DNA from: a virus
Lineage: Duplodnaviria > Caudoviricetes
DNA: 64,000 nt
Virus record (IMG/VR): IMGVR_UViG_3300033075_001536
Coordinates: 64,001-128,000 of that record
Direction: 5' to 3' (one strand)
The translations under genes and the position numbers were made by a program. The notes beneath the pieces are model-generated. The model saw only the letters and a list, made by a program, of their open reading frames with translations. It had not been told where the DNA came from and searched no databases. Below, in pieces: positions 28,796 to 37,991 of the stretch (positions are counted from its first letter, which is position 1; each line of letters begins with the position of its first letter).

Positions 28796-29615
28796 TGGTT
28801 TTTGGACGAAGGATGATGTAAAAGCCAATCCAGAAAAGATTTATATTTATGGAGATAATGATCGTAGATCTGGGAAAGGCGGTCAAGCAATTATTAGAGA
28901 CCTTCCAAACACTTTAGGTATTAGAACTAAAAAGAAGCCATCCGACTCAGAAGATTCTTATTGGTCGGATGATGATTTTGAGATCAATAAAAGAAAAATA
29001 ATTGAGGATGTGAATGCCATTAAATTGGAGTTAATGTTTGGTAAAACAGTTGTTTTTTCAAGAGGTGGATATGGAACCGAAAGAGCTAAATTAAAAGAAA
29101 AAGCTCCAAAAACATTTGAATTTCTTTGTCAAGTTTTAAAGGATAATTTTTATTTTGATAATGAGACTGGACAATCCTATATGAGAATACCATCTCATAA
29201 AGAGATGATGGGTGCTAAAGAAGTTCCAATGAATTACGAACACGGAAAATTAGGATTTGGTCAAGAAGTTCCTGGATATTTTAGAAAAGAATTATTAGAT
29301 GCAAATGTTTTAAATACATTTGATGCTATTAAATATGGTTTGAGAACAGCAATGACAAGATCAGAAAGGTTTAAATCTGGTGAACTAATTAAAGTTACAT
29401 CTTCTAAAAATCAGAACTTTTTAATATGTCGTGTGATTATGGATTCTTATCCAGTGAGCTCTATTTCGAAAGAAGACTGGTCAAAATTGGAAGGTTGGGA
29501 TATTGGATACTTTAAATTAAATCCTGGAGTTGAGGATAAATTTCAATTTCAATTTGAGTGGATTTGTGAAATTGATCCTGAAGGTTCTCAAAAATTTAAT
29601 CCTAGATTGATTTAA
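28770..29615 (+). CDS. Two-domain protein: N-terminal GDN..G.GGQA phage domain plus ASCH/PUA-like C-terminal domain
   Basis: IYIYGDNDRRSGKGGQAIIR; FDAIKYGLRTAMTR..GE...W..LEG. Confidence 0.6.
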   Translation: MKKRIELFDGFWTKDDVKANPEKIYIYGDNDRRSGKGGQAIIRDLPNTLGIRTKKKPSDSEDSYWSDDDFEINKRKIIEDVNAIKLELMFGKTVVFSRGGYGTERAKLKEKAPKTFEFLCQVLKDNFYFDNETGQSYMRIPSHKEMMGAKEVPMNYEHGKLGFGQEVPGYFRKELLDANVLNTFDAIKYGLRTAMTRSERFKSGELIKVTSSKNQNFLICRVIMDSYPVSSISKEDWSKLEGWDIGYFKLNPGVEDKFQFQFEWICEIDPEGSQKFNPRLI

Positions 29616-29634
29616 TTTTTTAAAAAACTTTTTG

Positions 29635-29642
29635 TATATTTG
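29635..29642 (+). promoter_or_regulatory. Bacteroidota-type TAnnTTTG promoter element
   Basis: TATATTTG in an intergenic gap. Confidence 0.5.
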
Positions 29643-29772
29643 TGTCCTAAATATATACCCTATGATAGAAATTGAAAATATGAGTAATCCAGAATTTTAT
29701 TTTGATTTTTTGGAAATGGAAAAAGATTTCGAAGCTTCTCAACTTTTATCAGAAATAAATAATAACTAATCT

Positions 29773-30117
29773 ATGATAGATTTGAGCAAACTTGTAGAGA
29801 TTTTAAATAAAGTTCCAAGCTTTATAATCTCAAAGCAAAATAAAGAAGTTTTGGTTGAAAAGTCCAAAATTCTTTATGAATTGAATGAATTCATTCGTGA
29901 AAAATACAATACAGATGCTGCTGGTGCTGAGTATAAATTTCGTGAATTTTTATCGGTTAAAAATAAAGATGGTGTGCAACCAAATATAAAAACTGTAATT
30001 GGTTGGGCTGGTGAGTTTTCTAGATCAGAAGGATTTCCAAAGGCTGATGAATTTGAAGATTCTTTAAAAACCGTTTTGGATATTTTAGGACCACTTGCAA
30101 ATTTAGGAAAGTCATGA
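29773..30117 (+). CDS. Hypothetical protein
   Basis: 114-aa ORF. Confidence 0.7.
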   Translation: MIDLSKLVEILNKVPSFIISKQNKEVLVEKSKILYELNEFIREKYNTDAAGAEYKFREFLSVKNKDGVQPNIKTVIGWAGEFSRSEGFPKADEFEDSLKTVLDILGPLANLGKS

Positions 30118-30330
30118 AGTTTTTAAGAATTTTTAATTTTTCTGTTGGTATTTTTTGTCTATATATGGGATTCTTCCATCATAGTTACATCAATATTTTC
30201 CTAGGACTTTTAAATATTTTTTTTGGGAATGAACCTTTTGGAAAAACTTTTTAAATTTATTTTAGAAAAACGAAACAAGAATCCAGAAGACAATTTCTTC
30301 GATAATATTGAAGAAGATAAAAATGGTTGA
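30114..30330 (+). pseudogene. Possible frameshifted small membrane protein
   Basis: Hydrophobic MKFLRIFNFSVG... stops early; a 1-nt shift at the T8G3 run continues as MNLLEKLFKF...DKNG*. Confidence 0.35.
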
Positions 30331-30395
30331 GTGGCCGAGAGAATAGGCGGATCCTCGCAAGGGATTCTACGGTAGTTCAATTCTATCCTCAACCT
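30325..30395 (+). tRNA. tRNA-Cys (GCA), atypical anticodon loop, CCA not encoded
   Basis: Acceptor GGTTGAG/CTCAACC, D stem GCC/GGC, anticodon stem GATCC/GGATT with loop TCGCAAG, T arm GGTAG-TTCAATT-CTATC, discriminator U. Confidence 0.8.
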
Positions 30396-30438
30396 CAAAT
30401 TTTTCCTTTATTACAATTATTTTCCTTATATTTACATT

Positions 30439-31077
30439 GTGAAATATAACTCTTATCACTATATTTACGGACCTCGTCCAGAAAATGCTATATCACCTTC
30501 TGATATAGATTTCTGGGATAATGGATCTTTGGTTGCTCAACCAAAATTAAATGGGTCAAATTGCCTTATTTTTACCAATGGTCGGGATATGTATGTGATG
30601 AACAGACATAAGGAAATACTAACTAATTTTAGAATTTCAAAAGAAGAAATAGTTTCTGCATTCAAACCAGTTGATGGAACTTGGATGGTACTCAATGGTG
30701 AGTATATGAATAAATCAAAATCAGATGAAAATGGAAATGTTTTCAATCATAAATTCGTTTTATTTGATTTACTTGTTCTAAATTCTGAATATATGGTTGG
30801 AACAACCTTTAGTGATAGAATCAAAATTTTAGATTCTTTATATGGAACTAAAGAATCTGATAAAAGTTATTTATATTCAATTTCTGAAAATATATTTCGT
30901 GTTAAATCTTTTGACAAGGGGTTTAAAAATATTTATGACGAATTATCAAAAATCGATATGGTCGAAGGTTTGATAATGAAGCGCAAGAATGCCAAATTAG
31001 AAATTGGAACAACGGAAAAAAATAATACAAAATCCCAGCTCAAAGTTCGTAAACCAACTAAGTTGTATAAGTACTAG
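30439..31077 (+). CDS. ATP-dependent ligase-type nucleotidyltransferase (adenylation domain only)
   Basis: QPKLNG, LNGE, FVLFD, EGLIMK, KVRK. Confidence 0.8.
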   Translation: MKYNSYHYIYGPRPENAISPSDIDFWDNGSLVAQPKLNGSNCLIFTNGRDMYVMNRHKEILTNFRISKEEIVSAFKPVDGTWMVLNGEYMNKSKSDENGNVFNHKFVLFDLLVLNSEYMVGTTFSDRIKILDSLYGTKESDKSYLYSISENIFRVKSFDKGFKNIYDELSKIDMVEGLIMKRKNAKLEIGTTEKNNTKSQLKVRKPTKLYKY

Positions 31078-31765
31078 TTCTTTTCCTTTTCAAATTTTCT
31101 TCTGCCCAAATTGGTCTTAAATTTTCCAAGGCATTTACTTCACTTATTGGAGTATTTACATCAAATGTAAAAATTGGCTTTATATGGTCTATATGCCATT
31201 TCCCCCAATTTTCCCAAGACATACCTTCTACAAATTGATTTTGTATATGAAGTTTTAGATCTAAAGCGGAATATCCAAGTATTTCACTTGTTGATGATTC
31301 TTTCTTTTTATTAAATTTTTTAATTAGCCTATAAACCATTTGTCTCCAAACGACAACATGTGGATTTTCTTTTAGCCAATTTTTTGTATTTTCACAATTT
31401 ATTTTTCTATGTCTATCTTTGTTTTCATCTGACCATCTTTTATTTCTTTTAAGGATTTCCTCTTTATTTTCTTTGTAGTATTTTTTAGCTTTTTCTGGAT
31501 CATATGATTCTCTAGCTCTTTTCCTTATTAATTCTCTATTATCATTATCATATTTTTTCTTTTTTGCTAAATTTATCTCTTGGTTTTTATAATATCTTTC
31601 TTTTCTTTTGGCCAATACAAACTCTCTATTTTCAGAGATGTATTTTTTGGTCCTTTCTGTTTCACACCTTTTACAGTTGGTTGTATATGATTTTCTGTGT
31701 TTATAAAACTCGTCTAAATCTTTTTCTTCCCCACATTTTTTACAAACTTTAGTAGTATTTTCCAT
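31058..31765 (-). CDS. HNH homing endonuclease
   Basis: CKKC..CKRC N-terminus; GMSWENWGKWHIDHIKP...NLRPIWAEENL. Confidence 0.87.
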   Translation of the reverse strand: MENTTKVCKKCGEEKDLDEFYKHRKSYTTNCKRCETERTKKYISENREFVLAKRKERYYKNQEINLAKKKKYDNDNRELIRKRARESYDPEKAKKYYKENKEEILKRNKRWSDENKDRHRKINCENTKNWLKENPHVVVWRQMVYRLIKKFNKKKESSTSEILGYSALDLKLHIQNQFVEGMSWENWGKWHIDHIKPIFTFDVNTPISEVNALENLRPIWAEENLKRKRTSTYTT

Positions 31766-31797
31766 ATCATATATATTAAAATATTATTCTTCCCTAC

Positions 31798-31974
31798 ATG
31801 GTTAAAAAAATATATGAGTCTAAAAAGACCTATTCTAAAAAATACAATAGACTACAAAGTACTATTCAAATTGAAAGAGAATTGTATAATAATTTGAAGA
31901 TGTTTTTAAAGGATAAAAATATAAGCATAAGAGAATATGTTTCTACATTAATAGAAAATTCTTTGGCAGATTGA
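31798..31974 (+). CDS. Small ribbon-helix-helix-like DNA-binding protein, 58 aa
   Basis: Manual translation ...STIQIERELYNNLKMFLKDKNISIREYVSTLIENSLAD. Confidence 0.55.
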   Translation: MVKKIYESKKTYSKKYNRLQSTIQIERELYNNLKMFLKDKNISIREYVSTLIENSLAD

Positions 31975-32001
31975 TTAATTTAGATTAAATTTACATAAAT
32001 T

Positions 32002-32427
32002 ATGAAAAAACTACTAACAATCGTATTGCTTGTCGTTGCAAGTTTAAGTTCTTGTAAAAAAGAAGAAATAAATCCAAATACATGTCATTGTGGTGTTGTT
32101 ACACGTACTGGTGTGTATGGATCCTCAACAGAAGGCATAGACGCTATATCCTCTTTATCCAACACACAAAATGGATCGGTTGTTATTCAAAATGAATGTT
32201 CTGGTAAAAGAAATTTGTTTCAAATATCACAAAATGATTGGATACTTGTTAGTGATTCGACTCATGTTGAAGGATGGTTTACTAGTTCACTTCCAGATAG
32301 TTCACGGATTAGTACTCATGTGTGTGTTGTTAAATATAATTGTCCATTTCAATTATCTAAAACAATTGTTTCATCCATTGAAGTAAATGATTGTTTTATA
32401 AATGCTCCAGAATGGAATTTTCATTAA
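32002..32427 (+). CDS. Putative lipoprotein
   Basis: MKKLLTIVLLVVASLSSC-KKEE lipoprotein signal. Confidence 0.75.
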   Translation: MKKLLTIVLLVVASLSSCKKEEINPNTCHCGVVTRTGVYGSSTEGIDAISSLSNTQNGSVVIQNECSGKRNLFQISQNDWILVSDSTHVEGWFTSSLPDSSRISTHVCVVKYNCPFQLSKTIVSSIEVNDCFINAPEWNFH

Positions 32428-32439
32428 AAATTATAAATT

Positions 32440-32646
32440 TTGATGAAATCGTATTATATTTATTATTCAGAAGGAACTAATCATGATAATCGTGATGATG
32501 TTGCTATCACAGAAGCTATTGATCTACCAAAAGCTGTAGAAATATTTAAAGAATATTATACCAATGCTTCAAATGAGAATGTAAAAAAGGTTGATCTTTA
32601 TAGAGAAGGATATGTACAAGGAATTCAAATAATATCAAATTACTAA
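32440..32646 (+). CDS. Hypothetical protein
   Basis: Tandem ORF. Confidence 0.6.
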   Translation: MMKSYYIYYSEGTNHDNRDDVAITEAIDLPKAVEIFKEYYTNASNENVKKVDLYREGYVQGIQIISNY

Positions 32647-32660
32647 ACAAAATAAAAACT

Positions 32661-33167
32661 ATGAAAAAATTAATTTACCTATTAACATTTATCGGTCTTA
32701 TTTCTATTACTTCTTGTATTAATGAAAACTACAAGAAAGGTTCTAATGTAGGAACTATTGCAAATTTTGGACTTCAAGGAAATATTTTTAAATCCTATGA
32801 AGGTCATTTAAATGTTACTCAGACCGGTATGAACTCGTCTACTGGTATGGACTTTTCTATTGATAATGATAATGAACCAGCTGGTGTGGTACAAACACTT
32901 CAAGCTGCTCAAGATAAAGGTTGGAAGGTGAAAATAACCTATCATGAAGTTTCTTTAAAGAATCTTTTTTCAAATCGAGGACATACTGATTGTTTTGTTA
33001 CTTCTGTTCAAATAGAAGATAGTACTTTTAATACAATTTTTAAGAATACACCAACTCCAGATCATTCATATGATGCTGAATTGTCTCATAAAGGTCATGT
33101 TATTGATACGGTTATAAACATTTCTGTTACATTATCAGAAGCTCGTAAAAATGGTTGGATAAAATAA
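32661..33167 (+). CDS. Putative lipoprotein
   Basis: MKKLIYLLTFIGLISITSC; G.IFKSYEG.. Confidence 0.75.
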   Translation: MKKLIYLLTFIGLISITSCINENYKKGSNVGTIANFGLQGNIFKSYEGHLNVTQTGMNSSTGMDFSIDNDNEPAGVVQTLQAAQDKGWKVKITYHEVSLKNLFSNRGHTDCFVTSVQIEDSTFNTIFKNTPTPDHSYDAELSHKGHVIDTVINISVTLSEARKNGWIK

Positions 33168-33493
33168 TGGCAACAAAAGAATATAAACTTATTAAACTAA
33201 AGGAAAATCCTGCAATTGCAATTTTGCACGAGAAGGGTATTTTAGTTAAACAAACAGAGTTTAATGATATGCCCTATAATTTTCAAATGTCTGTTTGTGA
33301 GTTTTTAAATAGAAAACTACCAACTATGTGGGAGGATGATCCATTTATTGGTCAAGTTCTTCCAAGTGGTTTATATGATGCTTGGGTAGATGAATATCCA
33401 GATCACTCAGAAGTTTTAGTTGATTCAGATTATTATAGAATTTGTGTAGCTGTTATTTTGGTGGATGATTGGGCCGAGGTGATTGATTATTAA
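33167..33493 (+). CDS. Hypothetical protein
   Basis: Likely start MATKEY coupled to the previous stop. Confidence 0.65.
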   Translation: MATKEYKLIKLKENPAIAILHEKGILVKQTEFNDMPYNFQMSVCEFLNRKLPTMWEDDPFIGQVLPSGLYDAWVDEYPDHSEVLVDSDYYRICVAVILVDDWAEVIDY

Positions 33494-33533
33494 ATTTTTA
33501 GTTTTAATATATACTGAAAATAAATCCAAATAA

Positions 33534-34103
33534 GTGGAACAATTCAGTAAGTTAAAGCCAAAAAATGATTTCGATGAAGGTAAAGAAAAGGTTCTCTTTG
33601 ATGGAGACTATTTAAAAGTAGTTGATTTTGAAGGATCAAAAATTCTCAAAGAAAAAGATACGGTTATCTGCATACCCTATCTAATTGAAGAAAATAAAAT
33701 TATTTTAAGACACGAATATGTTCCATCTTATAAAATGGCTGATGGACAAGATTATCACATGACAGTGATATCTGGTGGAATCGAGGCCGGAGAAACCCCA
33801 GAGAAAGCTTTATATAGAGAGTTAGAAGAAGAGGCTGGAATCACTGTTCGTCCTGGGTATCAACCAGAGGTTCTAAAACCATTATTCATATTTAAAACAT
33901 CTTCTAATAAATACTATCCCTATTTACTTAGTCTTTCATCCACCGATTTTCAAGAGGTGATGGCTAAAGGAGATGGATCTCATTTAGAGAAAAAATCTAA
34001 ATCAGTTAAAGTAGATGTAAAGTTTCTTAAATCAATTAATTCTTCAGATCTAATTACTGAATTTATGATAGATAAAATTAAAAAATTTATTAACCAGGAA
34101 TGA
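33534..34103 (+). CDS. NUDIX hydrolase (ADP-ribose pyrophosphatase-like)
   Basis: SGGIEAGETPEKALYRELEEEAG. Confidence 0.9.
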   Translation: MEQFSKLKPKNDFDEGKEKVLFDGDYLKVVDFEGSKILKEKDTVICIPYLIEENKIILRHEYVPSYKMADGQDYHMTVISGGIEAGETPEKALYRELEEEAGITVRPGYQPEVLKPLFIFKTSSNKYYPYLLSLSSTDFQEVMAKGDGSHLEKKSKSVKVDVKFLKSINSSDLITEFMIDKIKKFINQE

Positions 34104-34684
34104 TTTTTTTAGAAAGATTTGGTAGTTCTTCAAAAACAATAGATCAAAAAATTAAACTGATCCTACTTATCCAAAATATTGGAACAGGTCAAGGTAACTT
34201 TAATTTAGAGAGAGATATGTCAGAGAGAAAATTTCCGATGTTATATTCTTTGATGAAAGAAGATGGTTTAATGGAAATTCCGAATAAAATGCCAAAGCTA
34301 ACTATGTCTGAGAAGGGACATGTGGAGGAGATGTATGATTATTTAGATAAAAAATTTGGAATAAGTGTTCTTCCTGATCTATCACAAATCAGAGAATATT
34401 TTTATGATATTGTTGATCTTGGATTTAGTTTAGAGGAAAGTATTGTCCTCCAAAAACCTGGATCTTCTAAATCTTATGGAAAAATTTCAATGAACCAGTC
34501 ACACTATAAAATAAGGGTAGCTATTACACATGATGAAAGTAATCTTGGTATGCAATTATTTTTCGATCTTCAATCGACCATAGAAGCTATGATGATAACA
34601 CTGGAAGAGGTTTATAAAGCCGAATTAATTGTTGGTGGTGGTGCTAAATGGACAGATTTTAAAATATTAATAACATCACAATAA
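34100..34684 (+). CDS. Hypothetical protein, paralogous family
   Basis: QIREYFYDIVDLGF. Confidence 0.7.
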   Translation: MIFLERFGSSSKTIDQKIKLILLIQNIGTGQGNFNLERDMSERKFPMLYSLMKEDGLMEIPNKMPKLTMSEKGHVEEMYDYLDKKFGISVLPDLSQIREYFYDIVDLGFSLEESIVLQKPGSSKSYGKISMNQSHYKIRVAITHDESNLGMQLFFDLQSTIEAMMITLEEVYKAELIVGGGAKWTDFKILITSQ

Positions 34685-34712
34685 AAAAGAGTTAGATTTC
34701 TCTAACTCTTTT
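34683..34712. terminator. Bidirectional intrinsic terminator
   Basis: aaaagagttaga-tttc-tctaactctttt between convergent genes. Confidence 0.8.
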
Positions 34713-34732
34713 CAAATAGCTGTTCAACTTTT

Positions 34733-35657
34733 TTATTTTAATTTTTTACCACAAGACGGGCAAAAATTTTCAGACCCTTTTAATTTATTTCCACAATTTT
34801 CACAAAAATTCAGTTGAACATTGTTCATTAAATTTCTGATTTCCTCTTTGTGTTTTGGTTGTATAATATCCCTGGTGTCAATAGGTCTTCTTGACTCTGG
34901 TAATATTTGTAATACAACTGATGTAATACACATACTTTGAAATTGCATATCTATTTCTGTGAATTGTTGTGAGGAAGATGATCCTTTTTCAATTCTACCA
35001 GTTTCAATATTTGAACTACAATTGAATGATTGAACATTGTTCAATGTAAATCCGTCAGACAATTGTGAATAAGAATTGCTAATATTTATTGATCCACTCG
35101 TTAAGTTTAAATTACCATCTCCTTGTAAAGTTGTATAATTTGCGGTATTTGTTGTTAATGCTGATCCAAAACATCCGCCAGTTGTTATGCTTCCACCAAT
35201 TGGATTTAGCCAATATGGATAGGTTCTATAAAATGGATAGTAGTCATAATGGTGATAGTGTTTTTCAATTACCTTTGGATAATTTGGAATATTCACCACT
35301 TCTTCCTTGAAAAATCTTACTTCCAGTAATCCATTTTTAGCAATTGCTTCCATAGATTGATTTGTATTTTCAACCTCATAAGTTTTGAATACAAATTTTT
35401 TCTTATCATCTGGAAAGCAATCTAGATAAAACCTCTGACCTGGTCGTAAGACGAGTCCAGATGATGATACAGACTGTCCATTTAGTTTTATGTCACATAG
35501 AATACAAGATGTGAGTGGGTTGTATAATTCGATTAAGAACTCGGTATTGTCATCTAAATAGACTTTACCATTTTTGATAGATTTTCGGCCTCTATCAGAC
35601 ATGGAACAGATCCATGCACCGGGCATCATTGATGCTCTTGGTTGTTTAACTTTCATA
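34733..35657 (-). CDS. Hypothetical protein with C-terminal zinc ribbon
   Basis: Likely start MKVKQPR; FCENCG...FCPSCG. Confidence 0.75.
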
Positions 35658-35797
35658 GTTATTCTTTTATTTTTTTGACCTATATCTTCAAGACTTTCAT
35701 CTTTCAAAAGTATTACTTGAATACTCGACATAGATTTGAAGCGAACAGCTACATGGATATATATCAAAGTTGATGTCCGTTGTTTAATATATAATTA

Positions 35798-36346
35798 ATG
35801 AAATATATTAAGCTTTTTGAAAATTTTAATAATATTGGACGAGTTGTTTTAACTGGAGTTTCTGGTAGTGGAAAGACGACACTTTTAAACTATCTATCAA
35901 AAGATTTTAAAACTATTCCAGAGGCAGCCAGAGAACTAATTATAGAATTAAAAAAAAGTGATCCGTCTAAACTACCTTGGAATAATAGAGGTGAATTTCA
36001 AAAGCTAGTTGAAAAAAAGCAAGTAGATAATTTTTTAGAAAATGATAATTGTTTTTTTGATAGGGGAATTATTGATGAGGTCGCTTATAATTTGGCATAT
36101 GGTAGAGACATTTCAAATACTCTTAAATCACAATGTGTGAATTATAAATATGATAAAGTTTTTTTATTTAAACCTTATCCAGAAATATATGCTAATGATG
36201 CTGAAAGAGTTGAATCATTTGAAGAGTCTTCTAGGCTATTTCCATTTTTTGTTGAAGCATATAAATCCTATGGATATAATCCGGTTTTAATGATTAATGA
36301 TAGTTTGGAGAAACGCTTGGAATTTATATTAAATAGTATCTTGTAA
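35798..36346 (+). CDS. P-loop ATPase/kinase (AAA_28, NadR-like) with tag
   Basis: MKYIKLFENF; GVSGSGKTT, PEAAR, FDRG, YDKVF, ND.ER.E. Confidence 0.85.
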   Translation: MKYIKLFENFNNIGRVVLTGVSGSGKTTLLNYLSKDFKTIPEAARELIIELKKSDPSKLPWNNRGEFQKLVEKKQVDNFLENDNCFFDRGIIDEVAYNLAYGRDISNTLKSQCVNYKYDKVFLFKPYPEIYANDAERVESFEESSRLFPFFVEAYKSYGYNPVLMINDSLEKRLEFILNSIL

Positions 36347-36726
36347 TGAAATATCTTAAAAAATTTGAAAATTTGGTGTGGGAATTTAGTGTAGAAGAAG
36401 TTACCAACATTCTACAAGATTTTATGGACGAAGGATGGGACATTCGAATTAATAAATCATTTGAGGCTATTTGCATTCATGTTCATATTCCAATGAAAGT
36501 TATTCAAAGTGGTATAAATTACAATGCTCTAAATTATTTCCAAAAGGATTATGTTCCAGAAATGCAGAGAAAGGTGAGGTCGATTAAAAATAGATTAATA
36601 GAGTTTGGATTTGATAAGAAAAATATTTGTGGAGACAGTGGTCAGAAATTAAAGCACGAATGCTATAATGTTCAAAATCAATCTTATTACTGCACTATTT
36701 TTCTTTTAGATAAATCTTATTTCTAA
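36346..36726 (+). CDS. Tagged hypothetical protein, paralogous family
   Basis: MKYLKKFEN; EEVTNILQDFMDEGW...NRLIEFGF. Confidence 0.78.
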   Translation: MKYLKKFENLVWEFSVEEVTNILQDFMDEGWDIRINKSFEAICIHVHIPMKVIQSGINYNALNYFQKDYVPEMQRKVRSIKNRLIEFGFDKKNICGDSGQKLKHECYNVQNQSYYCTIFLLDKSYF

Positions 36727-37231
36727 ATATTAAATATGTCCAATATATGGTTAGATAACAATCATAAACAAGTGAGAATATTGGTACTTTTATTCCCATA
36801 AAAGCTAAAGTGATAAATGATATTAATATAATTATAAATCCACCAACCAAAGTGAAATCTAATTTTCTTTCGTTTTCAATAAAAAACTTTCTAATTTTTA
36901 TTTTGTCTATCCAAGAATTTGTTATTTCTGTTAACTTTTGGTCCCTTTCACACTTTTGACATAATTTTAATCCTTCATTTGGTTTGAATGGATTTGGATT
37001 GGTGCTATTTACACCACCTTGAGTCACCCAATTAGTTGCCCAGTTTCGGAAATATTCGTCATCTGAAATAATCTCAGAATTACACCCATAACAATATCTT
37101 CCTTCTTTTATTTGGTGAATGGACACAGAGTTTTTTATCCATTTAAACATTCCAAATGCTCCGTATGCAATTAGTCCTAAATTAAAAAATGATATAATTG
37201 TTGATAAAAGCTTGATGGTTTCTGGAGACAT
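36695..37231 (-). CDS. Membrane protein with CxxC pairs and an internal ERDQKLTEI motif
   Basis: Hydrophobic termini, CYGC...CQKC; TATCTTTG upstream at 37241-37248. Confidence 0.7.
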   Translation of the reverse strand: MSPETIKLLSTIISFFNLGLIAYGAFGMFKWIKNSVSIHQIKEGRYCYGCNSEIISDDEYFRNWATNWVTQGGVNSTNPNPFKPNEGLKLCQKCERDQKLTEITNSWIDKIKIRKFFIENERKLDFTLVGGFIIILISFITLAFMGIKVPIFSLVYDCYLTIYWTYLIFRNKIYLKEK

Positions 37232-37266
37232 AATTTCTAGCAAAGATATTAAATATATAATAGAAT

Positions 37267-37626
37267 ATGATAAAAAGTTGGAAAAAATTTAATGAGAGAA
37301 TATTTACCAATGCAAAAAATTTAGATATTAATTTCGATACTTTGACGGATATATTCCAAGATATTATGGATGATTTTCCGATGGATATTGAAATTTATAA
37401 AAATAAAAATGAGGTATTGGTTGTTAAGTTGGATGGAGGTTGGTTTGGATCAATGGTCAATCCAGAAGTTTGGAACGAAATTAAAAGAATAGAAAGAGAA
37501 ATGAATGATGGTGGGTATATTGATCAAATAGGATCTAGAATGGAGGAAATTGGATATAAAATTGAACCAAATCATATGTTTTTATATCATGATTCTTTTT
37601 ATATGACTTTTGAAAAAATTTCCTAA
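37267..37626 (+). CDS. Tagged hypothetical protein, paralogous family
   Basis: MIKSWKKFNE; LTDIFQDIMDD...SRMEEIGY. Confidence 0.78.
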   Translation: MIKSWKKFNERIFTNAKNLDINFDTLTDIFQDIMDDFPMDIEIYKNKNEVLVVKLDGGWFGSMVNPEVWNEIKRIEREMNDGGYIDQIGSRMEEIGYKIEPNHMFLYHDSFYMTFEKIS

Positions 37627-37709
37627 AAATTTATCTCAAAAATAGGCAATCCGCCATTAGTTTTTTATATATAATTTAATCACAAAAATTTTAAAGTTTT
37701 GTAATAAAA

Positions 37710-37991
37710 GTGAAGCAATTGCTAGTTGTAATCCTTTCTATTTTTCTACTTTGTTCTTGTTCAACAACAAGAATATCTGGCTCTATGCAATCTGGTTATA
37801 AAATCATAAATAAGTTAGAGACAATTAATTGTAAAGGAAGATTTATTTATTATTTGGTTCCAACAACTATTGGGAGAATTGCAAAAGATTCTTCTTTTGG
37901 ATCGGTGGACTATGTGATTATGGATTGTGACTCATTTGATATAGGTGATGAACTACTTACCTTAGATAATATTAATTTCTTTTCACATTAA
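37710..37991 (+). CDS. Putative lipoprotein
   Basis: MKQLLVVILSIFLLCSC. Confidence 0.6.
   Translation: MKQLLVVILSIFLLCSCSTTRISGSMQSGYKIINKLETINCKGRFIYYLVPTTIGRIAKDSSFGSVDYVIMDCDSFDIGDELLTLDNINFFSH

Noticed and set aside
29662-29769. 35-aa acidic ORF after a promoter motif
   Set aside because: Plausible but too short to support without homologues
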